Below, in pieces: positions 8,768-18,684 of a stretch of DNA of 64,000 nt. A program made the translations under genes and the position numbers. Source of the stretch: Desulfatiglandales bacterium. Lineage in GTDB: Bacteria; Desulfobacterota; DSM-4660; Desulfatiglandales; Desulfatiglandaceae. Location: positions 2,784,001 through 2,848,000 of the forward strand of contig OY759599.1 in assembly GCA_963662465.1 (NCBI GenBank). Direction: 5' to 3'. Under the pieces are notes generated by a model. The model had not been told where the DNA came from and searched no databases. It was given only the letters and a program-made list of their open reading frames with translations. Positions within the stretch are counted from its first letter, which is position 1; each line of letters begins with the position of its first letter.

Positions 8768-9769
8768 ATGTGCTGTTCCATGCAAAAACATGCATTATAC
8801 CTTTCGGTTCTGTGCCTTCTGATGCTTTTAGAAGCTTGCGCTCCCAAAAAATCCATCATGCCGCCGCTGGCAACCGTGGAAGGCATCCATCGGCATTTTT
8901 CCCAAGGGCGGATCATTGACCTCAAAACAGGAAAAGCCGTTTCTTTTCCCGACCTGATGGATCAGCTTAAAAAGATCGATGTTATTTTCGTGGGAGAGGT
9001 TCATAACAACCCCGAACACCACCTGATCCAGATACAACTTCTGCAAGCCCTTTTGGCGCGGGATACCCCACCCCCGGCGGTTGCAATGGAATTTTTCGAT
9101 GCGACCCGGCAACCGGTGCTGGATCAGTTTATGAATGGGGATCTGGATGAAGCGACGTTTCTGGAACAGGTTGACTGGAAGAACAGCTGGCGGTTCCCCT
9201 ATCATCTTTATCGCCCGCTCCTGTGGGCTTCCCGGGAAAAAGGGGCCGCGCTTCTGGGCATAAACGCACCAAACCCGGTGGTCGGAAAGGTGGCGAGATC
9301 GGGTCTATCGAGCCTCACGGTGGAAGAACGCGGGCAGGTGGCCAAAGACATCGAACTGGGAGATGCGGATCATCGCGCGTATCTCAGCGGTATATTCAAA
9401 CAACACCAATTTCATCATAAAGGCGGTATGGGAAATTTCGATCATTTTTATGAGGCCCAATGCGTATGGGACGAAACAATGGCCGAAACCATTGCCGACT
9501 ACATAAAGCTAAAGGGCGGAAAAATGGTTGTTTTTACGGGGAACGGCCATATTATCAACAAATTCGGCATTCCCGACCGGGTTCTGCGGCGTGTTGACAT
9601 GAATATGGCAACCATTGTGCTATACCCCTTGACAGAACGGACAACAATCAATAAAAGAGTGGCAGATTATGTCTGGCTCACCAGTGGTTGTGCGGTAGGA
9701 AGAATGATGATGCGCCCCACGAAGATGCCCCGGAAAAAAATGGAAATCGAAGGAACAATAAGACAATGA
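8768..9769 (+). CDS. ChaN-family (haem/iron-uptake-like) lipoprotein
   Basis: Lipobox LEAC, IFVGEVHNNPEHH, AMEFF, AQCVWDETMA, GNGH. Confidence 0.8.
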   Translation: MCCSMQKHALYLSVLCLLMLLEACAPKKSIMPPLATVEGIHRHFSQGRIIDLKTGKAVSFPDLMDQLKKIDVIFVGEVHNNPEHHLIQIQLLQALLARDTPPPAVAMEFFDATRQPVLDQFMNGDLDEATFLEQVDWKNSWRFPYHLYRPLLWASREKGAALLGINAPNPVVGKVARSGLSSLTVEERGQVAKDIELGDADHRAYLSGIFKQHQFHHKGGMGNFDHFYEAQCVWDETMAETIADYIKLKGGKMVVFTGNGHIINKFGIPDRVLRRVDMNMATIVLYPLTERTTINKRVADYVWLTSGCAVGRMMMRPTKMPRKKMEIEGTIRQ

Positions 9770-11058
9770 AAATTAACATGGAAAAAATTGATGACCTTAC
9801 CCCTGAAAAACGAAAGGGCATCATGGAAAGATCCATGGAGGACATCTCCGTGGTTTTTGAGGATGTTCGCGGCATTGTAAACGACATAAAAGCCCGCGGC
9901 GACGCGGTAACACTTGCCCACTACCGAAAGCACAAAGAAAATATCGCACCCTCCGATCTGGAAGCCACCCGGGAAGAAATTGTTGCCGCCTACGGCCTCT
10001 TGGACCCCAAGGTGGTGGACGCGCTGAAAGCCGCGGCCCGAAACATCATCAAATTCCACACGGCCCAGAAAGAGCGGGAGATGTGGTCCATCGAAGTGGC
10101 TGAAGGCATTCTGGCCGGACGCATCACACGGGCCATGGATATCGTGGGATGCTACATCCCCGGGGGAAGCGCCGTTTATCCCAGCACCATCCTCATGACC
10201 GTGCTTCCCGCCAAAGTGGCGGGCGTCGGCGAGGTGGTGGCGGTGACGCCTCCCGGCAAGGGTATGACGGCCAATGCCGCCACCCTGGTGGCGGCGGACA
10301 TCGCCGGTTGCGACCGTATTTTCAAGGTGGGCGGTCCATGGGGCGTGGCCGGCCTTGCCTATGGCACCAAGACCATGCCCCGGGTGGATAAAATCGTGGG
10401 ACCCGGCAACAAGTACGTCACCGCCGCCAAAATGCTGGTCTACGGGCAGGTGGACATTGATTCCCCCGCGGGCCCCAGCGAATCCCTGATACTGGCCGAT
10501 GAGAGCGGTAATCCTGAATGGATCGCCATTGATTTCCTGAGCCAGGTGGAACACGACCCGGATTCTGCGGCAGTACTGGTGACGCCATCCCGGGAACTGG
10601 CATCCGCGGTCGCAAAAATCATCGAACGGGAATTTGAAACCCTCCCGCGAAAGGAAATTTTCGAATCCTCCCTGGTCAAGCATTCCTGCATCCTGATTGC
10701 CAAAGACATGGAACAAGCCATTGATTTTACCAATGAATACGCCGCTGAACATCTTCAAATTCTGACCCGGGACCCCTTTATCACCCTGAACAAAATTAAA
10801 CATGCCGGAAGCATCTTCATGGGCCCCTACGCACCGGTGCCGGTGGGCGATTATGCTTCCGGAACCAACCATGTGCTGCCCACCGGTCAGTGCGCCCGCA
10901 TGTTTTCGGGTCTGTCCGTGGACGATTTCATCAAAAAACCCACATTCCAGTATTTGAGCAAGGAGGGTCTTGCCAGCTTAAAAGACACGGTGATCACCCT
11001 TGCTGAAGCAGAAGGTCTTCCCATTCACGCCAGAGCGGTGAAGGCTCGGTTTTCCTAA
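9766..11058 (+). CDS. hisD: Histidinol dehydrogenase
   Basis: GCYIPGG, IVGPGNKYV, DSPAGPSE, SQVEHD, AEHL, GDYASGTNHVLPT, EAEGLPIH; ATGA overlap with the upstream stop. Confidence 0.9.
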   Translation: MKINMEKIDDLTPEKRKGIMERSMEDISVVFEDVRGIVNDIKARGDAVTLAHYRKHKENIAPSDLEATREEIVAAYGLLDPKVVDALKAAARNIIKFHTAQKEREMWSIEVAEGILAGRITRAMDIVGCYIPGGSAVYPSTILMTVLPAKVAGVGEVVAVTPPGKGMTANAATLVAADIAGCDRIFKVGGPWGVAGLAYGTKTMPRVDKIVGPGNKYVTAAKMLVYGQVDIDSPAGPSESLILADESGNPEWIAIDFLSQVEHDPDSAAVLVTPSRELASAVAKIIEREFETLPRKEIFESSLVKHSCILIAKDMEQAIDFTNEYAAEHLQILTRDPFITLNKIKHAGSIFMGPYAPVPVGDYASGTNHVLPTGQCARMFSGLSVDDFIKKPTFQYLSKEGLASLKDTVITLAEAEGLPIHARAVKARFS

Positions 11059-11124
11059 GATTGAGGCGACCGTTTTAAAAAAACATTTGGATATCTTAAT
11101 TTAAAAAGGGGAGGTTTAAAAGAA

Positions 11125-11571
11125 ATGGCAGACATCAAAGGTTATGATATGCCTGATGAGCTCTACTACCACGAAGAGCATAGTTGGGCCAGGGTAGAGG
11201 GCGCCAAAGTTACTATCGGCATGAGCGACATGTTTCAGAAAGAAGCCGGCGACATTGTGTTTGTAGATCTGCCCGAAGAGGAAGATGAGGTGGAACAGGG
11301 AGAGACCTGCGGGAAAATTCAGTCCCGAAAATGGATTGGAAAGCTCGTCGCACCGGTTTCAGGGGAAATTATCGAAATCAACGAAGACCTTGAGGACGAT
11401 ACCTCCCTGATCAACTCCGATCCCTACGGGGAAGGGTGGATACTGGTCATTCAAGCCGAGGACGAGGACGACCTTAAGGGGGAGCTTGACAATCTGATTC
11501 ACGGCGATGGGGTGGTGGATTTCGTTGAGCGGGAAATCGAAAAGACGGAAGCGGAAAAAGCCAAGGCATAA
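11125..11571 (+). CDS. GcvH-like lipoyl carrier protein (LbpA-like)
   Basis: YYHEEHSWAR, GDIVFVDLP, lipoyl-Lys in IQSRKWIG (KW type rather than ESVKA), INSDPYGEGW. Confidence 0.85.
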   Translation: MADIKGYDMPDELYYHEEHSWARVEGAKVTIGMSDMFQKEAGDIVFVDLPEEEDEVEQGETCGKIQSRKWIGKLVAPVSGEIIEINEDLEDDTSLINSDPYGEGWILVIQAEDEDDLKGELDNLIHGDGVVDFVEREIEKTEAEKAKA

Positions 11572-11576
11572 AAATC

Positions 11577-12659
11577 ATGAAGGTTTCGGAAATGACCACC
11601 CCCTGGCGTCTGTTCAGGAATCTTGAATCGCCGGTTTCCACCGCCGAAGGTCTGGCGGTGGATGACACCCTGCCCTGCGCCGTGGGGGTCAATCATTCGC
11701 CGCCCATCCTCCACCTGTATACCTTTATCCCATCAGCGATTGTGGGTAAATACCAGGATATAGAGGCGGCCCTTCGGCTGGATCGGTGTAAGGTCCGCGG
11801 CATCGAATATAATCGAAGGAGTACCGGCGGGGGCACCGTCATCATGGGTCCGGAGATCGTCTCCCTGGGCCTCGGGATCAACGTGGACTATCCCGGGCTG
11901 AAAAAAGGCGTGGGGGGCGTATTTGAATCCCTGAGCCGCGTTCTCATTAATGCCTTGGCCAAACTGGGGATAGATGCCTATTTTCAACCCAAAAACGACC
12001 TGGAAGTCAGTGGAAAGAAAATTGCGGGGTTATCCGCCGCCTCCGAGGCCAACAACACGCTCCTTTTTCATACCAGTCTTCTGGTGAACTTTGATGTGGC
12101 ACTGATGACCGACATCATGAACACGCCGGTCATAAAATTCCAGGACAAGGGCTACAACTGTTTCAGTCAGCGCATGACCACAATACGCCATGAAACAGGC
12201 CGCGAGGTTTCCACTAAAGAAACCATGGAAGCCATTCAAGGGGCCTTTGAAGAAGAATTCCATATTATGTTCAAGGAAGACGCCCCCGATCCATGGGAAC
12301 AAAAAACCATTCAGGATTTCATCGATAAACGGTATACCCAAAAAGACTGGATCTTCTCCCACAAGCATCCCCGAACCCGAATGGGGGTCGGCCAGTTGAA
12401 AACACGGGGGGGACTTCTGGAAATATACCTTTCCCTTTCCGGCGCTTCCATCGAGAGTATCCTGATCACGGGAGATTTTTTTTCCACCAGCGCCGATATT
12501 CACAAAATCGAGAACGCTCTCAAATGGACATCGGCACGCAAGGAACGTATTGAAGAAAACATTTCGTCAGTGTGGCACGACAATATGATTTACGGCATTG
12601 ATGTGCCGACCCTTACGCAGGCTGTTTTGCTGGCAAAGGAAAATCAGGTGAGACTCTAA
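11577..12659 (+). CDS. Lipoate:protein ligase (LplA-like with C-terminal accessory domain)
   Basis: RRSTGGGTV, PKNDLEVSGKKIAG, HTSLL, C-terminal ITGDFF. Confidence 0.9.
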   Translation: MKVSEMTTPWRLFRNLESPVSTAEGLAVDDTLPCAVGVNHSPPILHLYTFIPSAIVGKYQDIEAALRLDRCKVRGIEYNRRSTGGGTVIMGPEIVSLGLGINVDYPGLKKGVGGVFESLSRVLINALAKLGIDAYFQPKNDLEVSGKKIAGLSAASEANNTLLFHTSLLVNFDVALMTDIMNTPVIKFQDKGYNCFSQRMTTIRHETGREVSTKETMEAIQGAFEEEFHIMFKEDAPDPWEQKTIQDFIDKRYTQKDWIFSHKHPRTRMGVGQLKTRGGLLEIYLSLSGASIESILITGDFFSTSADIHKIENALKWTSARKERIEENISSVWHDNMIYGIDVPTLTQAVLLAKENQVRL

Positions 12660-12762
12660 TGCGGCAAGCCGCGGTTTTAAGTTTTAGGTTTTAAGTTTTA
12701 AGTTGTTCCGTTAACAAATTTTTTGTTTTTTGTGACAGGTTTTCAGGAAATAAGGGCATTAA

Positions 12763-13827
12763 ATGACTGAAAAAAAACAAAGTCCGGATTACGCCAAAAT
12801 GAGCCAGGCCACAGCCATCTCCCTGGGATTGATGCGGGGAAAAATGTACCGGGGGGCCGTCAACCGATGTGTCAATCTGCTGGTTCACTATCCCGAAGGG
12901 TGTTCTGCCAATTGCGCCTATTGCGGGCTTGCCAAAAAACGACCCGGAACCTACCGGGAGAAAAGTTTTATTCATGTGGAATGGCCCCTCTTTTCCATGC
13001 AACAGATTATCGATGCCATTAACCAGGCCCCCGCCTACGTCAAGCGAACCTGTATATCCATGATCACCAACGGTAAATGCAAGGCCCATACCCTGACCAT
13101 GACCGAGGCGCTGACCCGCAACACGACGATTCCCGTATCTATCCTGACCAGCCCCACCATTCTGGATCGGGATTTTCTTGGCGAAGCCAAGGACCGCGGG
13201 GCCGATAAAATCGGTGTTGCCCTGGATCTGGCAACCCCCGAACTCTTTGATCAATATCGCGGCAAAGGGGTATCCGGACCGCACGTTTGGGAAAAATACT
13301 GGAAGTTCATGGAGGATAGCCTTGAGGTATTCGGCGCTCGGAACGTGGGGGCGCACCTCATGGTAGGCATGGGCGAAACCGAAAAAGAAATGGTCACCCT
13401 CATGGACCGGCTGTGGCGCATGGGTGTGGACAACCATCTTTTTTCCTTTTTTGCCGAAGAAGGCTCAAGCCTGGGAAACAGGCCCCAACCGCCATGGCCA
13501 ACATACCTGAGAATTCAATTGGCCCGGCACCTCATTGAAAAAGAAATTTCAAATTCAAGTCAAATGTCGTTCAATGAGGCAGGTCGCATTGTGGATTTCG
13601 GAGTGGACAGAGAGCATCTCAACGAAGTCATTGAACTGGGGGTTCCGTTCATGACAACTGGTTGCGTCGATCACAATGGAGAGGTTGCCTGCAACCGTCC
13701 GTTTGGCAACTGTATGCCGGATGTTCAGCAATGGAATTACCCCTATCGACCCAACCGGGAAGAGATCAATTTGATCCTGGAAAATATTTTTTTAGATGAT
13801 CACACAATTTTGAAAAAAAGCATTTGA
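12763..13827 (+). CDS. Radical SAM protein, LipS2-like lipoyl synthase subunit
   Basis: CSANCAYC radical SAM motif; C-terminal TTGC..ACNRP resembles the LipS2 TxGC..C(N/D)RP motif; lipoylation context. Confidence 0.7.
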   Translation: MTEKKQSPDYAKMSQATAISLGLMRGKMYRGAVNRCVNLLVHYPEGCSANCAYCGLAKKRPGTYREKSFIHVEWPLFSMQQIIDAINQAPAYVKRTCISMITNGKCKAHTLTMTEALTRNTTIPVSILTSPTILDRDFLGEAKDRGADKIGVALDLATPELFDQYRGKGVSGPHVWEKYWKFMEDSLEVFGARNVGAHLMVGMGETEKEMVTLMDRLWRMGVDNHLFSFFAEEGSSLGNRPQPPWPTYLRIQLARHLIEKEISNSSQMSFNEAGRIVDFGVDREHLNEVIELGVPFMTTGCVDHNGEVACNRPFGNCMPDVQQWNYPYRPNREEINLILENIFLDDHTILKKSI

Positions 13828-13852
13828 CAATATGAAAATCAAATGTTATCTA
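13824..13852 (+). promoter_or_regulatory. Putative sigma70 promoter of the tRNA pair
   Basis: TTGACA-17-TATCTA with a TG extension, 15 nt upstream of tRNA-Lys. Confidence 0.55.
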
Positions 13853-13866
13853 AACGAATTCTGGTT

Positions 13867-13943
13867 GGGCCGTTAGCTCAGTTTGGTAGAGCAGCGGACT
13901 TTTAATCCGTTGGTCGCGAGTTCGATTCTCGCACGGCCCACCA
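13867..13943 (+). tRNA. tRNA-Lys (TTT)
   Basis: GGGCCGT acceptor stem, anticodon loop CTTTTAA, TTCGA T-loop, CCA end. Confidence 0.97.
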
Positions 13944-14026
13944 GCATGGCAACATAAATCAGGACTGCACTTGAGGCGAAAGCCTCGACGGTGACCATCC
14001 AAGCGTTATTGAAGATTACCAATAAC

Positions 14027-14104
14027 GTCCCCATCGTCTAGCCAGGTCCAGGACACAGGCCTTTCACGCCTGCGACAGGGGTTCGAATCCCCTTGGGGAC
14101 GCCA
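14027..14104 (+). tRNA. tRNA-Glu (TTC)
   Basis: GTCCCCA acceptor stem, anticodon loop CTTTCAC, TTCGAA T-loop, CCA end. Confidence 0.97.
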
Positions 14105-14111
14105 AATAATT

Positions 14112-14153
14112 TCAGGGGGTTAGCCTATTTCTGGTTAGCTCCCTGATCTTTTT
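14112..14153 (+). terminator. Intrinsic terminator after tRNA-Glu
   Basis: TCAGGGGGTTAGCC / GGTTAGCTCCCTGA hairpin followed by TCTTTTT. Confidence 0.65.
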
Positions 14154-14520
14154 ATGGAGCCGTCTCGTGATTTCCTGGTTCCCAACCGGATAGTCCATTT
14201 CTCAAAATTAATATCATCGGTCCATGTCAGCCGGAAAATTTCAGAGCGGCGGGCACCTGTTGTCCCAAGAACCACCAGGAGATTCCTGCCATAACGATCT
14301 GCTGCTATCATAAACCGTATGAATTCATCCTCAGTGAATACAAATTGTGGTGCTCTGTCAATTGGAAGTGGGTCGATTTTCGCCACGGGGTTAACAGGCA
14401 GATCATGAAATTTTGTGGCATAATTAAAAAAGACCAGAAGCTCTTTCCTACTTCGGTTGATCTGACGCGGGGTCTTTTTGATTAGATCAATAGCATATAT
14501 ACGTTCGGTCTCATTCAAGA
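14135..14520 (-). pseudogene. Tyrosine integrase fragment next to tRNA-Glu
   Basis: NPVAKI and TGARRSEIFRLTWTDDINF box I; both ends missing. Confidence 0.8.
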
Positions 14521-14524
14521 CGGT

Positions 14525-14912
14525 GAACCATATCAACACCATCAAGGGCCGGATCGGGAATATGATTGATGGTGGGCAAAATCACGCCCTGCTGCATGGC
14601 TTCGATGCTGAGAGCGGCCTCGATGGCGGCGGCCGCGCCCAGGGTATGCCCGATCTGGCTTTTGTTGGACAAAACGGGCATCTTTTTCAGGTGACCCCTA
14701 AACACCCGTTTCAAACAATCGACTTCCATGGTATCTCCTCTCGGGGTTGATGTGCCGTGGGCGTTGACGTATTGGATATCTTCCGGTGCGAGCTCTGCAT
14801 CGTCGATGGCCCCACGCATGGCCCGGATCACGGTATCCGGGTTGGGCCGGGTGAAATGAAAGGCGTCGAATGACCACCCCACCCCCAGGACTTCCCCTCT
14901 GGGCTTAAGCCC
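14525..14912 (-). pseudogene. Internal fragment of a ketosynthase, near-copy of about 32005-32392
   Basis: Colinear nucleotide match to the 3' part of 31906-33174 (NAHGTST..KSQIGHTLG). Confidence 0.9.
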
Positions 14913-15104
14913 GGGTTAGGGGTTGATTTGACCGTTCACAAGCGGCGACCGAAGTGTAGTACACCGAATCACAAATTCCTCGGGGGTTAATAAAACTAAA
15001 ATACATCCCAAATTCAAAGGATTGCTTTACACGAATACCCCACGAATTTATGATTTGCTGTAGTAGTATCCCGGAAGCTTTGCTTGTCCGCTTGGAATGA
15101 CCGG

Positions 15105-15326
15105 TTATGCTCTTTGCTCAGGCAGGAGCTTTCTGGAAATTTCTATATCTTTCTTGATTAGCGAATTGATAATCTCACTTAAAGAAAAACTACTGTCTTT
15201 ATCTCGGATATTCTCAAAGAAAAATTTTTTAACTTCCTTATCCAGATAGATTGGAATATCCAATTCTTCAAACGATCTGTAGAATCTGCCCTGCTGTGCA
15301 TTTGTGAAATCATATTCTTTTTTCAT
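15105..15326 (-). CDS. BrnA-like antitoxin
   Basis: MKKEYDFTNAQQGRFY..IPIYLD; ATGA-coupled to the upstream toxin. Confidence 0.75.
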   Translation of the reverse strand: MKKEYDFTNAQQGRFYRSFEELDIPIYLDKEVKKFFFENIRDKDSSFSLSEIINSLIKKDIEISRKLLPEQRA

Positions 15327-15616
15327 TTCGGACACCTCTTATGATATGCTTGCTTTTCTCTTTTTGTTGCTCTTCTGGCGCTGATAATTCTCACAACTTC
15401 CGTGCCGTCATCATCTCTGAAAGTATGGACAACAACAAGAACAGCCTCGCTTAATGATTTTCCCAGCAGTATCCATCTGTCTTCGCTTTCCGAGTGTTCG
15501 ACATCGTATTTATTCAACGCAAACGGGTCTGCGAACACATATGAAGCCTGTTCAAATGTTATCCCATATTCCCTGATATTGATTATCTCTTTATTTGGAT
15601 CCCACTCAAATTTCAT
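15323..15616 (-). CDS. BrnT family (DUF497) toxin
   Basis: MKFEWDPNK..GITFEQA..EDRWILLG..RIISARRAT. Confidence 0.9.
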   Translation of the reverse strand: MKFEWDPNKEIINIREYGITFEQASYVFADPFALNKYDVEHSESEDRWILLGKSLSEAVLVVVHTFRDDDGTEVVRIISARRATKREKQAYHKRCPK

Positions 15617-15829
15617 ATTTGCTCTGCACCTGTCTTACCGTTCCATCTGGCATAAAATAACATAACGCCCCGCCTGCCCGAATGAATGTGAGTTTGTGTT
15701 AAGAAGTGACTAGTTAATATTCTATTGTTTTCTTTACCCGTATACCGCGTCCGAGCGTCCGGTCGCATCGGGGTCGAGCCGCAACAACGTATTGATTATT
15801 CAGCTGTTACGTCCCAAAAAAGCGAAGTA

Positions 15830-16029
15830 ATAGGACGATAGTGTTCTGTTTTATCTACTCTGCAAGGCTAATCCGATCGATCTTTCCGGCGGCAACTCCG
15901 AGAATGATCTTTTCCTGTTCATCCGTTGACGCTTCGATTTCGTACCCGTTCAGATACAGGAAGACCTCCAGATGATTCAATGACACGCCGATGGATCTTG
16001 AGAACCTCGGAAAGAGACAAGTACCGCAT
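15830..16029 (-). pseudogene. Doc/Fic toxin with an internal deletion and nonsense codon
   Basis: MRYLSLSEVLKIHRRVIESSG joined out of frame to EVFLYLNGYEIEASTDEQEKIILGVAAGKIDR; the catalytic HPFxDGNKR region is absent; 3' end approximate. Confidence 0.75.
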
Positions 16030-16226
16030 TAGGCAAGCCTTTTGTAAAGTTCGGTGTTCTTTTTCAGAACATGCCTGACTGCCTCCTCAAAAGCATCTTC
16101 CGGCCGAGCCGGCAAGTCCTCAATACTAGCAGCGACCAGTTCTTCAGGAGTGACACGAAGCTGTCCCGCAACCTCTTTAAGCTTCAAGAAGCGATCATCA
16201 GAAATGCTTACGGTCAGATTTGTCAT
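16029..16226 (-). CDS. Small DNA-binding antitoxin partner of Doc
   Basis: MTNLTVSISDD N-terminus, KKNTELYKRLA end, TAATG coupling to the Doc relic. Confidence 0.75.
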   Translation of the reverse strand: MTNLTVSISDDRFLKLKEVAGQLRVTPEELVAASIEDLPARPEDAFEEAVRHVLKKNTELYKRLA

Positions 16227-16443
16227 GTAAAGCCCTCCTTGTTGTCATTCTTTTAATCATATCACTCAGTGGAATCGTTTTCAATACGCCTTTCACCCCA
16301 ATTTCAAAGATGTTCCCAACATCCGGTACGGGTATAGCGGGAAAAATGAACCCCATCGTTCGGCAAATCACTTGACAAAACTGATCTTGATGGGGAATTT
16401 GATTTCTGTTTGATAAATGAACACATCAAGTATTAGGAAACAT

Positions 16444-17142
16444 ATGCTCGCAAAGACAACCCTGATTGTCTCAGATAAGTGAAAAATGGACTTGATTTAA
16501 CGGACCATGTCGCTGCCTGCGGCACCATCGGCGGCGGCAACCATTTTGCTGAACTTCAGCCTTCTGATTGCCAGGCGATTTCTAGAAGCGCTGAACGCGG
16601 CATACGAGCCGATCCTCGATGCCTGTCACAACAGTGTGACAAGAATTGAGATTGACGGCAAAATCTGCCGGCTGCACCGCAAAGGGGCTGCGCCTTCGGA
16701 TAAAGGCCCCATCGTCGTGCCGGGTTCAAGGGGCGCCTTGAGTTATCTGATCGATCCCGTGAGGGACATGAAGCAGAGTCTTTGGTCTCTGCCCCATGGG
16801 GCGGGACGAAAATGGAATCGCAAAAGCACCCAGCAGCGCCTGAAAGCAAAATACAGTGCCAAAGCCCTGACGCAAACGGTGCTAGGTAGTGCCGTCATTT
16901 GTGAGGACCGGGATTTGCTCTACGAAGAGGCGCCGGAAGCCTACAAGAACATTGAATCGGTCATTGCAGATATGGTCCAGGCCGGCCTTATCAAGGTTCT
17001 GGCCACCCTGCGTCCGCTGATAACCTACAAGGTGAGGATGGAGAAACAGAGATTGGCCGGTTGGAACATGACCCCGATCGAAATTCCTCCAAAATCCCCG
17101 GCAGGGCTTCCACCAGATACAACGGCAGCGACAAAAGCGTAA
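16444..17142 (+). pseudogene. RtcB-family RNA ligase (PrfH-coupled RtcB2-like) with deletions
   Basis: GTIGGGNHFAELQ in one frame (16531-16559 region), then HN..HRKGA..PGSRG..SLPHGAGR..EEAPEAYK in another; most of the N-terminal half is missing. Confidence 0.8.
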
Positions 17143-18442
17143 AAGAAACCGGCATGCTGCCCCCGTCCATTCTGACCGAGTGGGTAAGAAAACGAATTTC
17201 CGGAAGATTCAGATCAAAGCGGACACACAGGGGCGATTTCTTACGTGCCGCAAACTGATGCAGGCTCTTGAGGGTCCCGGTTTTTCCGGCTTTGACTTCA
17301 ATGGGGACCACCAGGTTTCCGCTGGATGTCACATAATCGGTTTCCGCATTGGCGGTTTTCTGCTCCCGCAACCAGTAGGTCAACCGCGGCGGCTCAAGGG
17401 GCTGGAGCAAATGCTGCCCCACAAACTGTTCAGCCAGCTTTCCTTCATTGACAAGGTTATCCCCATCCAGGGCATTGAGCGCAATCCAGTCCAGTCCGGT
17501 GAGGTAGGCGGCCAACCCCACATCCATGAAAATCAGCTTGTACACATTCTCGTGGATGTCGGCAAAGAGCGGCACTCCCGAACAGTTGCTGTGAAAAACC
17601 TGGTGACATACCCGTGCCTTTACCAGCAGATCGATGGCCATTTTGACGTTTCTGGACCTGTCTTCTCTGCTAATGTTGCTGTATTTAACTTTTTGCCCGA
17701 TCATTCGGGGAATCTGCCTGAAAACCTTTTGCATCAGGACCAGGTCCTTTTGTTTGGCGTACTTGGAAAAATCATCCTGGTAGGTTCCGGCAATGGACCG
17801 GTGAACCGCTGTTACTTCGGTGACGGCATACTCCTCCGCAAACGCCGCCACCGCCTCCGGCATGCCTCCCACAAACAGGAATTCCCGCTGGCGTTTGAGC
17901 AGCTTATGATGGGCGGTAACCGGTATGACATTATTTATTCGGAAGTTGGATATATGAGGAGTCAGAGCCGGTTCCACTGCCGCCAAGAACTCACTGAAAG
18001 TCATGGGTCCCAGATGGTAGTATTCAATTCGGCCGACGGGCATTGAAAAATGATGGTCGGCCAGAGCAAATTCAAGCAGGGACCCGGCGGATATTACGGG
18101 TAGGTCAGGCATTTCCTCATAGAAGTAGCGAAGGGCCTGTATGGCGTGAGGGGTCGCTTGAATTTCATCCAAAAACAACAGGGAATCGGGGGATCGTATT
18201 TTTCGGCCCACCAGAGCGTTCAATTCCTGAATAATCAAGCCCATATCGAGGGTTTCGAAAATATTATCGAGATATAGGTTTTGCTCCAGGTTGATTTCGT
18301 TTAAAACAACCCCTTTTGAAGCCGCAAAATGACGGACCAGGGTGGATTTGCCTACCTGGCGCGCACCCCTCAGTACCAGAGGTTTCCGGTTCTTTTTTTG
18401 GTGCCAGTTATTCAGGTGTTTTTCAGCATGTCTCTCAAGCAT
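16991..18442 (-). CDS. AAA+ ATPase with DUF4143 (PD-(D/E)XK-like) C-terminus
   Basis: Walker A GARQVGKST, Walker B FLDEIQ, VGGMPE, ETDYV..PIEVKAG. Confidence 0.9.
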   Translation of the reverse strand: MLERHAEKHLNNWHQKKNRKPLVLRGARQVGKSTLVRHFAASKGVVLNEINLEQNLYLDNIFETLDMGLIIQELNALVGRKIRSPDSLLFLDEIQATPHAIQALRYFYEEMPDLPVISAGSLLEFALADHHFSMPVGRIEYYHLGPMTFSEFLAAVEPALTPHISNFRINNVIPVTAHHKLLKRQREFLFVGGMPEAVAAFAEEYAVTEVTAVHRSIAGTYQDDFSKYAKQKDLVLMQKVFRQIPRMIGQKVKYSNISREDRSRNVKMAIDLLVKARVCHQVFHSNCSGVPLFADIHENVYKLIFMDVGLAAYLTGLDWIALNALDGDNLVNEGKLAEQFVGQHLLQPLEPPRLTYWLREQKTANAETDYVTSSGNLVVPIEVKAGKTGTLKSLHQFAARKKSPLCVRFDLNLPEIRFLTHSVRMDGGSMPVSFTLLSLPLYLVEALPGILEEFRSGSCSNRPISVSPSSPCRLSADAGWPEP

Positions 18443-18684
18443 CGGTCAAAACAAACCTCTTATTTAGCCAACTTATTAACAATGTAGGCGTCTATTGTCA
18501 ACTGTTGTTTGAGCCGGATAAGAGTTATCATCCTTTGCGGAACTGCGACCCTTTTCCTCACATGACGAGTAATACCCGATAATGGGCCTGTGGGTATAAC
18601 CGTTTCTACGGTATTCATCGAAGCGGGTAATGCTCCAGATCCGGAACACCGACATGAATCAGGTTCTCAAAATTCAGTTTTCTG

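Noticed and set aside
9766..11058. HisD-like protein as a non-histidine paralog because it is outside a his operon
   Set aside because: All the HisD motifs I can check are present; dispersed his genes are common
14085..14104. Second copy of the tRNA-Glu 3' end marking the far island boundary
   Set aside because: Not seen by eye in this window, so the island end cannot be defined; an exact string search is needed
18500..18530. attI-like sequence GCCGGATAAGAGTTATC upstream of the AAA ATPase, and a GTTATGT core near 30352-30358
   Set aside because: No integron integrase and no matching palindromic arm
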